Of a stretch of DNA of 41,867 nucleotides, positions 8,801 to 22,400 are shown one piece after another. Below the pieces are notes generated by a model. It was not told the DNA's origin and made no database searches. It saw only the letters and a program-made list of their open reading frames with translations. The stretch's first letter is position 1. Every line of letters begins with the position of its first letter. A program made the translations under genes and the position numbers. The stretch comes from Utricularia gibba (taxonomy: Eukaryota; Plantae; Magnoliophyta), in NCBI GenBank assembly GCA_002189035.1, contig NEEC01000048.1, positions 1-41,867 of the forward strand, given 5' to 3'.

Positions 8801-11800
8801 GGCTTGGTTAATGCCCGCGTGCTCGAGCAGCAGCCACAAGGCCATACGGCCGTGGAAAAAAAGAAAAACAACCATAAAATACAATAAGCCAAAAATAAAA
8901 ATAAAATTGATAAACCCTTGGTTCGGTTCGGGCCCAATCAAAACCCGTAGGGTTTAACCCGTTCGGGTTGAACAGAAAGACAACCCCATGGGTCATGCAA
9001 ACTGTAATACCCAGAATTTCATCGGGTTGGGTCCGAACCTGAATGGATCCAACCCAGGCCCATCTCTAATCATAATCATATGATATAGGTTTATTAAATT
9101 ATAAATAATTGAAATACATTATTTATTAAACCGTAGGATAACTGTGAAAGCTTCTTTGACTTAATTATTACCATTTGATCCTCAGTTGTACTTTGGATGG
9201 AGTGTGTATTTTTACTTTAGTCAATTTAATTAGCATTCGATCCTTGGTTATGATTCAGATCATATTTGCTATTTTTTTACTTTAAATATTTTTATTATCA
9301 TTCGATCCTTAAGTATAATGCGGATCGAGCGCGTATTTTTTATTTTAATATTTTTTATTAGCATTCGAACGTTAGGTATGCTGCGGATCGAGCGTATATT
9401 TTTCACTCTCATATTTTTATTAGCCTTAGATCCTTAGGTATACTTTGGATCGAGTGCATATTCATTTATTTTAAATCTTAATTAGCGTTCCACCGTTAGG
9501 AGCAATTTAGAACGTGTATACATTACAATGCCATGCCACACGGGCGTGGTTTACGCACAACCCACGCCCGTGTGCCCTTGCAATGTAAACACGCTCCACA
9601 TTGCTCCTAAGGATCGAGCGTTAACACAAGTTTCAAGTAAACCATCTCCACTCGATCCGAATCATGTCTAAAGACCGAAAGCCAATAAAAATATTAAAAT
9701 AAAAAATATACGCTCGATCCGCATCATATCTTAGAATCGAATGCAAATAGAATCGTTCAAATAAAAAATATACACTCGATTGGAATCTTAACCAAGGATC
9801 GAATGCTAATTAAAATGATTAAAATAAAAATGCACACTCCATCCAAAGTATAACTAAGGGTCGAATGCTAATAAAATTAAAAACTAAGAAACTTTCACAT
9901 GTAGTATATGCTTTAATAACTAACGTATTTACATTATTTATATTTTAATAAACATATATCACATGATTATAAAAATATTTTTTTTGTCATTGTAGAAAGC
10001 TCATCACGCCACGCACACCACCCTGGAGAGGTTTCAACAGCTGTTATGAACTCACAACCCCTTGCTCAGCAGATTCAGTAAAATTCTCTAACACTTGGGC
10101 TTCCAACGGATCATATCCCATATTCATTCATACGAAATTGTGCAAGAATAATGTGACTTTGAGTTTGAACTAGATAGTAGGACGCTGATCGAAGAATGGC
10201 CCATCGAGTCTCTAAAATTGGCCGTCCTCGCTCAACAAATGTGGGGTGCACGTGACATCCCAATTTCAACAAATGCATCATGATTTTCGTCGAGTGGGCC
10301 CATGAGCCCGTCCGAACCCGGGGCCCGGGCCAAGGGCCCCTCGAGAGCGCCCGCCTCAATACGAGGAGGTGTTCCTTCAAAAACCATATACGCGTCTCGT
10401 CACAACCCAACGTTAATAAATGCATCACTTTTTTTGGCGCGCTACTGCTGACTTTGGGCCTGAGTTCGGCACGACCTCCGGCTCGATCAGGGTGCCCCAC
10501 CGAGAGCTCCTCCTTAAGTATAAAGTGTGTTGTTGAAAAAAACCGTGTGCGGTTCTCGTGACATCCTAACTTCAACAAATGCATCACGATTTTCGTCGAG
10601 TCGGACGGGACCGGGCTCCCGGGGCCCGGACGAGGCGCAGCGCCCGCTCCCCTCCCCCCCAAAACTAGAAGGTGTTCCATGGAAAACCATTTAGGCGGCT
10701 CGTGACAACCCAAAGTTAATAAATGCATCACTTTCTTTGCCGGGCTACAATGACTTTACGCTCGAGCCTGGTACGACGTATGGGAAGATTCGAGTGCCCC
10801 CGAGAGCGTCTCCACAAGTATAAAGCGTGTTGTTGAAAAAACCGTGTTGGGTGCACGTGACATCCTAATTTCAACAAATGTGTCACGATTTTCGCCGAGT
10901 GGGACCAGAGTGGGCTCATCAGCCAGACCGAACCCGGGGCCCAAGCCAAGGGCCCCTCGAGAGCGCCCCCCCACAAAACTAGATGGTGTTCCACGAAAAA
11001 AAATTAGGCGGCTCGTGATAACCCAACGCTAAGAAATGCATCCCTTTTTTCGCCGGGCTAAAACTGACTTTGGGCTCATGCCCGGCGCGACCCCCAGCCC
11101 GTGTGCATACGCAGCAGCACCACGAGGCCACATGGGCTTGGTTAATGCCCGCGTGCTCGAGCAGCAGCCACAAGGCCATACGGCCGTGGAAAAAAAGAAA
11201 AACAACCATAAAATACAATAAGCCAAAAATAAAAAATAAAATTGATAAACCCTTGGTTCGGTTCGGGCCCAATCAAAACCCGTAGGGTTTAACCCGTTCG
11301 GGTTGAACAGAAAGACAACCCCATGGGTCATGCAAACTGTAATACCCAGAATTTCATCGGGTTGGGTCCGAACCTGAATGGATCCAACCCAGGCCCATCT
11401 CTAATCATAATCATATGATATAGGTTTATTAAATTATAAATAATTGAAATGCATTATTTATTAAACCGTAGGATAACTGTGAAAGCTTCTTTGACTTAAT
11501 TATTACCATTTGATCCTCAGTTGTACTTTGGATGGAGTGTGTATTTTTACTTTAGTCAATTTAATTAGCATTCGATCCTTGGTTATGATTCAGATCATAT
11601 TTGCTATTTTTTTACTTTAAATATTTTTATTATCATTCGATCCTTAAGTATAATGCGGATCGAGCGCGTATTTTTTATTTTAATATTTTTTATTAGCATT
11701 CGAACGTTAGGTATGCTGCGGATCGAGCGTATATTTTTCACTCTCATATTTTTATTAGCCTTAGATCCTTAGGTATACTTTGGATCGAGTGCATATTCAT

Positions 11801-14800
11801 TTATTTTAAATCTTAATTAGCGTTCCACCGTTAGGAGCAATTTAGAACGTGTATACATTACAATGCCATGCCACACGGGCGTGGTTTACGCACAACCCAC
11901 GCCCGTGTGCCCTTGCAATGTAAACACGCTCCACATTGCTCCTAAGGATCGAGCGTTAACACAAGTTTCAAGTAAACCATCTCCACTCGATCCGAATCAT
12001 GTCTAAAGACCGAAAGCCAATAAAAATATTAAAATAAAAAATATACGCTCGATCCGCATCATATCTTAGAATCGAATGCAAATAGAATCGTTCAAATAAA
12101 AAATATACACTCGATTGGAATCTTAACCAAGGATCGAATGCTAATTAAAATGATTAAAATAAAAATGCACACTCCATCCAAAGTATAACTAAGGGTCGAA
12201 TGCTAATAAAATTAAAAACTAAGAAACTTTCACATGTAGTATATGCTTTAATAACTAACGTATTTACATTATTTATATTTTAATAAACATATATCACATG
12301 ATTATAAAAATATTTTTTTTGTCATTGTAGAAAGCTCATCACGCCACGCACACCACCCTGGAGAGGTTTCAACAGCTGTTATGAACTCACAACCCCTTGC
12401 TCAGCAGATTCAGTAAAATTCTCTAACACTTGGGCTTCCAACGGATCATATCCCATATTCATTCATACGAAATTGTGCAAGAATAATGTGACTTTGAGTT
12501 TGAACTAGATAGTAGGACGCTGATCGAAGAATGGCCCATCGAGTCTCTAAAATTGGCCGTCCTCGCTCAACAAATGTGGGGTGCACGTGACATCCCAATT
12601 TCAACAAATGCATCATGATTTTCGTCGAGTGGGCCCATGAGCCCGTCCGAACCCGGGGCCCGGGCCAAGGGCCCCTCGAGAGCGCCCGCCTCAATACGAG
12701 GAGGTGTTCCTTCAAAAACCATATACGCGTCTCGTCACAACCCAACGTTAATAAATGCATCACTTTTTTTGGCGCGCTACTGCTGACTTTGGGCCTGAGT
12801 TCGGCACGACCTCCGGCTCGATCAGGGTGCCCCACCGAGAGCTCCTCCTTAAGTATAAAGTGTGTTGTTGAAAAAAACCGTGTGCGGTTCTCGTGACATC
12901 CTAACTTCAACAAATGCATCACGATTTTCGTCGAGTCGGACGGGACCGGGCTCCCGGGGCCCGGACGAGGCGCAGCGCCCGCTCCCCTCCCCCCAAAACT
13001 AGAAGGTGTTCCATGGAAAACCATTTAGGCGGCTCGTGACAACCCAAAGTTAATAAATGCATCACTTTCTTTGCCGGGCTACAATGACTTTACGCTCGAG
13101 CCTGGTACGACGTATGGGAAGATTCGAGTGCCCCCCGAGAGCGTCTCCACAAGTATAAAGCGTGTTGTTGAAAAAACCGTGTTGGGTGCACGTGACATCC
13201 TAATTTCAACAAATGTGTCACGATTTTCGCCGAGTGGGACCAGAGTGGGCTCATCAGCCAGACCGAACCCGGGGCCCAAGCCAAGGGCCCCTCGAGAGCG
13301 CCCCCCCACAAAACTAGATGGTGTTCCACGAAAAAAAATTAGGCGGCTCGTGATAACCCAACGCTAAGAAATGCATCCCTTTTTTCGCCGGGCTAAAACT
13401 GACTTTGGGCTCATGCCCGGCGCGACCCCCAGCCCGTGTGCATACGCAGCAGCACCACGAGGCCACATGGGCTTGGTTAATGCCCGCGTGCTCGAGCAGC
13501 AGCCACAAGGCCATACGGCCGTGGAAAAAAAGAAAAACAACCATAAAATACAATAAGCCAAAAATAAAAAATAAAATTGATAAACCCTTGGTTCGGTTCG
13601 GGCCCAATCAAAACCCGTAGGGTTTAACCCGTTCGGGTTGAACAGAAAGACAACCCCATGGGTCATGCAAACTGTAATACCCAGAATTTCATCGGGTTGG
13701 GTCCGAACCTGAATGGATCCAACCCAGGCCCATCTCTAATCATAATCATATGATATAGGTTTATTAAATTATAAATAATTGAAATACATTATTTATTAAA
13801 CCGTAGGATAACTGTGAAAGCTTCTTTGACTTAATTATTACCATTTGATCCTCAGTTGTACTTTGGATGGAGTGTGTATTTTTACTTTAGTCAATTTAAT
13901 TAGCATTCGATCCTTGGTTATGATTCAGATCATATTTGCTATTTTTTTACTTTAAATATTTTTATTATCATTCGATCCTTAAGTATAATGCGGATCGAGC
14001 GCGTATTTTTTATTTTAATATTTTTTATTAGCATTCGAACGTTAGGTATGCTGCGGATCGAGCGTATATTTTTCACTCTCATATTTTTATTAGCCTTAGA
14101 TCCTTAGGTATACTTTGGATCGAGTGCATATTCATTTATTTTAAATCTTAATTAGCGTTCCACCGTTAGGAGCAATTTAGAACGTGTATACATTACAATG
14201 CCATGCCACACGGGCGTGGTTTACGCACAACCCACGCCCGTGTGCCCTTGCAATGTAAACACGCTCCACATTGCTCCTAAGGATCGAGCGTTAACACAAG
14301 TTTCAAGTAAACCATCTCCACTCGATCCGAATCATGTCTAAAGACCGAAAGCCAATAAAAATATTAAAATAAAAAATATACGCTCGATCCGCATCATATC
14401 TTAGAATCGAATGCAAATAGAATCGTTCAAATAAAAAATATACACTCGATTGGAATCTTAACCAAGGATCGAATGCTAATTAAAATGATTAAAATAAAAA
14501 TGCACACTCCATCCAAAGTATAACTAAGGGTCGAATGCTAATAAAATTAAAAACTAAGAAACTTTCACATGTAGTATATGCTTTAATAACTAACGTATTT
14601 ACATTATTTATATTTTAATAAACATATATCACATGATTATAAAAATATTTTTTTTGTCATTGTAGAAAGCTCATCACGCCACGCACACCACCCTGGAGAG
14701 GTTTCAACAGCTGTTATGAACTCACAACCCCTTGCTCAGCAGATTCAGTAAAATTCTCTAACACTTGGGCTTCCAACGGATCATATCCCATATTCATTCA

Positions 14801-17115
14801 TACGAAATTGTGCAAGAATAATGTGACTTTGAGTTTGAACTAGATAGTAGGACGCTGATCGAAGAATGGCCCATCGAGTCTCTAAAATTGGCCGTCCTCG
14901 CTCAACAAATGTGGGGTGCACGTGACATCCCAATTTCAACAAATGCATCATGATTTTCGTCGAGTGGGCCCATGAGCCCGTCCGAACCCGGGGCCCGGGC
15001 CAAGGGCCCCTCGAGAGCGCCCGCCTCAATACGAGGAGGTGTTCCTTCAAAAACCATATACGCGTCTCGTCACAACCCAACGTTAATAAATGCATCACTT
15101 TTTTTGGCGCGCTACTGCTGACTTTGGGCCTGAGTTCGGCACGACCTCCGGCTCGATCAGGGTGCCCCCCGAGAGCTCCTCCTTAAGTATAAAGTGTGTT
15201 GTTGAAAAAAACCGTGTGCGGTTCTCGTGACATCCTAACTTCAACAAATGCATCACGATTTTCGTCGAGTCGGACGGGACCGGGCTCCCGGGGCCCGGAC
15301 GAGGCGCAGCGCCCGCTCCCCTCCCCCCCAAAACTAGAAGGTGTTCCATGGAAAACCATTTAGGCGGCTCGTGACAACCCAAAGTTAATAAATGCATCAC
15401 TTTCTTTGCCGGGCTACAATGACTTTACGCTCGAGCCTGGTACGACGTATGGGAAGATTCGAGTGCCCCCCGAGAGCGTCTCCACAAGTATAAAGCGTGT
15501 TGTTGAAAAAACCGTGTTGGGTGCACGTGACATCCTAATTTCAACAAATGTGTCACGATTTTCGCCGAGTGGGACCAGAGTGGGCTCATCAGCCAGACCG
15601 AACCCGGGGCCCAAGCCAAGGGCCCCTCGAGAGCGCCCCCCCACAAAACTAGATGGTGTTCCACGAAAAAAAATTAGGCGGCTCGTGATAACCCAACGCT
15701 AAGAAATGCATCCCTTTTTTCGCCGGGCTAAAACTGACTTTGGGCTCATGCCCGGCGCGACCCCCAGCCCGTGTGCATACGCAGCAGCACCACGAGGCCA
15801 CATGGGCTTGGTTAATGCCCGCGTGCTCGAGCAGCAGCCACAAGGCCATACGGCCGTGGAAAAAAAGAAAAACAACCATAAAATACAATAAGCCAAAAAT
15901 AAAAAATAAAATTGATAAACCCTTGGTTCGGTTCGGGCCCAATCAAAACCCGTAGGGTTTAACCCGTTCGGGTTGAACAGAAAGACAACCCCATGGGTCA
16001 TGCAAACTGTAATACCCAGAATTTCATCGGGTTGGGTCCGAACCTGAATGGATCCAACCCAGGCCCATCTCTAATCATAATCATATGATATAGGTTTATT
16101 AAATTATAAATAATTGAAATACATTATTTATTAAACCGTAGGATAACTGTGAAAGCTTCTTTGACTTAATTATTACCATTTGATCCTCAGTTGTACTTTG
16201 GATGGAGTGTGTATTTTTACTTTAGTCAATTTAATTAGCATTCGATCCTTGGTTATGATTCAGATCATATTTGCTATTTTTTTACTTTAAATATTTTTAT
16301 TATCATTCGATCCTTAAGTATAATGCGGATCGAGCGCGTATTTTTTATTTTAATATTTTTTATTAGCATTCGAACGTTAGGTATGCTGCGGATCGAGCGT
16401 ATATTTTTCACTCTCATATTTTTATTAGCCTTAGATCCTTAGGTATACTTTGGATCGAGTGCATATTCATTTATTTTAAATCTTAATTAGCGTTCCACCG
16501 TTAGGAGCAATTTAGAACGTGTATACATTACAATGCCATGCCACACGGGCGTGGTTTACGCACAACCCACGCCCGTGTGCCCTTGCAATGTAAACACGCT
16601 CCACATTGCTCCTAAGGATCGAGCGTTAACACAAGTTTCAAGTAAACCATCTCCACTCGATCCGAATCATGTCTAAAGACCGAAAGCCAATAAAAATATT
16701 AAAATAAAAAATATACGCTCGATCCGCATCATATCTTAGAATCGAATGCAAATAGAATCGTTCAAATAAAAAATATACACTCGATTGGAATCTTAACCAA
16801 GGATCGAATGCTAATTAAAATGATTAAAATAAAAATGCACACTCCATCCAAAGTATAACTAAGGGTCGAATGCTAATAAAATTAAAAACTAAGAAACTTT
16901 CACATGTAGTATATGCTTTAATAACTAACGTATTTACATTATTTATATTTTAATAAACATATATCACATGATTATAAAAATATTTTTTTTGTCATTGTAG
17001 AAAGCTCATCACGCCACGCACACCACCCTGGAGAGGTTTCAACAGCTGTTATGAACTCACAACCCCTTGCTCAGCAGATTCAGTAAAATTCTCTAACACT
17101 TGGGCTTCCAACGGA

Positions 17116-19451
17116 TCATATCCCATATTCATTCATACGAAATTGTGCAAGAATAATGTGACTTTGAGTTTGAACTAGATAGTAGGACGCTGATCGAAGA
17201 ATGGCCCATCGAGTCTCTAAAATTGGCCGTCCTCGCTCAACAAATGTGGGGTGCACGTGACATCCCAATTTCAACAAATGCATCATGATTTTCGTCGAGT
17301 GGGCCCATGAGCCCGTCCGAACCCGGGGCCCGGGCCAAGGGCCCCTCGAGAGCGCCCGCCTCAATACGAGGAGGTGTTCCTTCAAAAACCATATACGCGT
17401 CTCGTCACAACCCAACGTTAATAAATGCATCACTTTTTTTGGCGCGCTACTGCTGACTTTGGGCCTGAGTTCGGCACGACCTCCGGCTCGATCAGGGTGC
17501 CCCACCGAGAGCTCCTCCTTAAGTATAAAGTGTGTTGTTGAAAAAAACCGTGTGCGGTTCTCGTGACATCCTAACTTCAACAAATGCATCACGATTTTCG
17601 TCGAGTCGGACGGGACCGGGCTCCCGGGGCCCGGACGAGGCGCAGCGCCCGCTCCCCTCCCCCCCAAAACTAGAAGGTGTTCCATGGAAAACCATTTAGG
17701 CGGCTCGTGACAACCCAAAGTTAATAAATGCATCACTTTCTTTGCCGGGCTACAATGACTTTACGCTCGAGCCTGGTACGACGTATGGGAAGATTCGAGT
17801 GCCCCCCGAGAGCGTCTCCACAAGTATAAAGCGTGTTGTTGAAAAAACCGTGTTGGGTGCACGTGACATCCTAATTTCAACAAATGTGTCACGATTTTCG
17901 CCGAGTGGGACCAGAGTGGGCTCATCAGCCAGACCGAACCCGGGGCCCAAGCCAAGGGCCCCTCGAGAGCGCCCCCCCACAAAACTAGATGGTGTTCCAC
18001 GAAAAAAAATTAGGCGGCTCGTGATAACCCAACGCTAAGAAATGCATCCCTTTTTTCGCCGGGCTAAAACTGACTTTGGGCTCATGCCCGGCGCGACCCC
18101 CAGCCCGTGTGCATACGCAGCAGCACCACGAGGCCACATGGGCTTGGTTAATGCCCGCGTGCTCGAGCAGCAGCCACAAGGCCATACGGCCGTGGAAAAA
18201 AAGAAAAACAACCATAAAATACAATAAGCCAAAAATAAAAAATAAAATTGATAAACCCTTGGTTCGGTTCGGGCCCAATCAAAACCCGTAGGGTTTAACC
18301 CGTTCGGGTTGAACAGAAAGACAACCCCATGGGTCATGCAAACTGTAATACCCAGAATTTCATCGGGTTGGGTCCGAACCTGAATGGATCCAACCCAGGC
18401 CCATCTCTAATCATAATCATATGATATAGGTTTATTAAATTATAAATAATTGAAATACATTATTTATTAAACCGTAGGATAACTGTGAAAGCTTCTTTGA
18501 CTTAATTATTACCATTTGATCCTCAGTTGTACTTTGGATGGAGTGTGTATTTTTACTTTAGTCAATTTAATTAGCATTCGATCCTTGGTTATGATTCAGA
18601 TCATATTTGCTATTTTTTTACTTTAAATATTTTTATTATCATTCGATCCTTAAGTATAATGCGGATCGAGCGCGTATTTTTTATTTTAATATTTTTTATT
18701 AGCATTCGAACGTTAGGTATGCTGCGGATCGAGCGTATATTTTTCACTCTCATATTTTTATTAGCCTTAGATCCTTAGGTATACTTTGGATCGAGTGCAT
18801 ATTCATTTATTTTAAATCTTAATTAGCGTTCCACCGTTAGGAGCAATTTAGAACGTGTATACATTACAATGCCATGCCACACGGGCGTGGTTTACGCACA
18901 ACCCACGCCCGTGTGCCCTTGCAATGTAAACACGCTCCACATTGCTCCTAAGGATCGAGCGTTAACACAAGTTTCAAGTAAACCATCTCCACTCGATCCG
19001 AATCATGTCTAAAGACCGAAAGCCAATAAAAATATTAAAATAAAAAATATACGCTCGATCCGCATCATATCTTAGAATCGAATGCAAATAGAATCGTTCA
19101 AATAAAAAATATACACTCGATTGGAATCTTAACCAAGGATCGAATGCTAATTAAAATGATTAAAATAAAAATGCACACTCCATCCAAAGTATAACTAAGG
19201 GTCGAATGCTAATAAAATTAAAAACTAAGAAACTTTCACATGTAGTATATGCTTTAATAACTAACGTATTTACATTATTTATATTTTAATAAACATATAT
19301 CACATGATTATAAAAATATTTTTTTTGTCATTGTAGAAAGCTCATCACGCCACGCACACCACCCTGGAGAGGTTTCAACAGCTGTTATGAACTCACAACC
19401 CCTTGCTCAGCAGATTCAGTAAAATTCTCTAACACTTGGGCTTCCAACGGA
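17116..19451. repeat. Representative full-length consensus unit (2,336 bp)
   Basis: Anchor-to-anchor distance is 2336. By eye, the units starting at 17116, 19452, 24123, 26459 and 28795 show no differences from the majority sequence. Confidence 0.95.
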
Positions 19452-22400
19452 TCATATCCCATATTCATTCATACGAAATTGTGCAAGAATAATGTGACTT
19501 TGAGTTTGAACTAGATAGTAGGACGCTGATCGAAGAATGGCCCATCGAGTCTCTAAAATTGGCCGTCCTCGCTCAACAAATGTGGGGTGCACGTGACATC
19601 CCAATTTCAACAAATGCATCATGATTTTCGTCGAGTGGGCCCATGAGCCCGTCCGAACCCGGGGCCCGGGCCAAGGGCCCCTCGAGAGCGCCCGCCTCAA
19701 TACGAGGAGGTGTTCCTTCAAAAACCATATACGCGTCTCGTCACAACCCAACGTTAATAAATGCATCACTTTTTTTGGCGCGCTACTGCTGACTTTGGGC
19801 CTGAGTTCGGCACGACCTCCGGCTCGATCAGGGTGCCCCACCGAGAGCTCCTCCTTAAGTATAAAGTGTGTTGTTGAAAAAAACCGTGTGCGGTTCTCGT
19901 GACATCCTAACTTCAACAAATGCATCACGATTTTCGTCGAGTCGGACGGGACCGGGCTCCCGGGGCCCGGACGAGGCGCAGCGCCCGCTCCCCTCCCCCC
20001 CAAAACTAGAAGGTGTTCCATGGAAAACCATTTAGGCGGCTCGTGACAACCCAAAGTTAATAAATGCATCACTTTCTTTGCCGGGCTACAATGACTTTAC
20101 GCTCGAGCCTGGTACGACGTATGGGAAGATTCGAGTGCCCCCCGAGAGCGTCTCCACAAGTATAAAGCGTGTTGTTGAAAAAACCGTGTTGGGTGCACGT
20201 GACATCCTAATTTCAACAAATGTGTCACGATTTTCGCCGAGTGGGACCAGAGTGGGCTCATCAGCCAGACCGAACCCGGGGCCCAAGCCAAGGGCCCCTC
20301 GAGAGCGCCCCCCCACAAAACTAGATGGTGTTCCACGAAAAAAAATTAGGCGGCTCGTGATAACCCAACGCTAAGAAATGCATCCCTTTTTTCGCCGGGC
20401 TAAAACTGACTTTGGGCTCATGCCCGGCGCGACCCCCAGCCCGTGTGCATACGCAGCAGCACCACGAGGCCACATGGGCTTGGTTAATGCCCGCGTGCTC
20501 GAGCAGCAGCCACAAGGCCATACGGCCGTGGAAAAAAAGAAAAACAACCATAAAATACAATAAGCCAAAAATAAAAAATAAAATTGATAAACCCTTGGTT
20601 CGGTTCGGGCCCAATCAAAACCCGTAGGGTTTAACCCGTTCGGGTTGAACAGAAAGACAACCCCATGGGTCATGCAAACTGTAATACCCAGAATTTCATC
20701 GGGTTGGGTCCGAACCTGAATGGATCCAACCCAGGCCCATCTCTAATCATAATCATATGATATAGGTTTATTAAATTATAAATAATTGAAATACATTATT
20801 TATTAAACCGTAGGATAACTGTGAAAGCTTCTTTGACTTAATTATTACCATTTGATCCTCAGTTGTACTTTGGATGGAGTGTGTATTTTTACTTTAGTCA
20901 ATTTAATTAGCATTCGATCCTTGGTTATGATTCAGATCATATTTGCTATTTTTTTACTTTAAATATTTTTATTATCATTCGATCCTTAAGTATAATGCGG
21001 ATCGAGCGCGTATTTTTTATTTTAATATTTTTTATTAGCATTCGAACGTTAGGTATGCTGCGGATCGAGCGTATATTTTTCACTCTCATATTTTTATTAG
21101 CCTTAGATCCTTAGGTATACTTTGGATCGAGTGCATATTCATTTATTTTAAATCTTAATTAGCGTTCCACCGTTAGGAGCAATTTAGAACGTGTATACAT
21201 TACAATGCCATGCCACACGGGCGTGGTTTACGCACAACCCACGCCCGTGTGCCCTTGCAATGTAAACACGCTCCACATTGCTCCTAAGGATCGAGCGTTA
21301 ACACAAGTTTCAAGTAAACCATCTCCACTCGATCCGAATCATGTCTAAAGACCGAAAGCCAATAAAAATATTAAAATAAAAAATATACGCTCGATCCGCA
21401 TCATATCTTAGAATCGAATGCAAATAGAATCGTTCAAATAAAAAATATACACTCGATTGGAATCTTAACCAAGGATCGAATGCTAATTAAAATGATTAAA
21501 ATAAAAATGCACACTCCATCCAAAGTATAACTAAGGGTCGAATGCTAATAAAATTAAAAACTAAGAAACTTTCACATGTAGTATATGCTTTAATAACTAA
21601 CGTATTTACATTATTTATATTTTAATAAACATATATCACATGATTATAAAAATATTTTTTTTGTCATTGTAGAAAGCTCATCACGCCACGCACACCACCC
21701 TGGAGAGGTTTCAACAGCTGTTATGAACTCACAACCCCTTGCTCAGCAGATTCAGTAAAATTCTCTAACACTTGGGCTTCCAACGGATCATATCCCATAT
21801 TCATTCATACGAAATTGTGCAAGAATAATGTGACTTTGAGTTTGAACTAGATAGTAGGACGCTGATCGAAGAATGGCCCATCGAGTCTCTAAAATTGGCC
21901 GTCCTCGCTCAACAAATGTGGGGTGCACGTGACATCCCAATTTCAACAAATGCATCATGATTTTCGTCGAGTGGGCCCATGAGCCCGTCCGAACCCGGGG
22001 CCCGGGCCAAGGGCCCCTCGAGAGCGCCCGCCTCAATACGAGGAGGTGTTCCTTCAAAAACCATATACGCGTCTCGTCACAACCCAACGTTAATAAATGC
22101 ATCACTTTTTTTGGCGCGCTACTGCTGACTTTGGGCCTGAGTTCGGCACGACCTCCGGCTCGATCAGGGTGCCCCACCGAGAGCTCCTCCTTAAGTATAA
22201 AGTGTGTTGTTGAAAAAAACCGTGTGCGGTTCTCGTGACATCCTAACTTCAACAAATGCATCACGATTTTCGTCGAGTCGGACGGGACCGGGCTCCCGGG
22301 GCCCGGACGAGGCGCAGCGCCCGCTCCCCTCCCCCCAAAACTAGAAGGTGTTCCATGGAAAACCATTTAGGCGGCTCGTGACAACCCAAAGTTAATAAAT

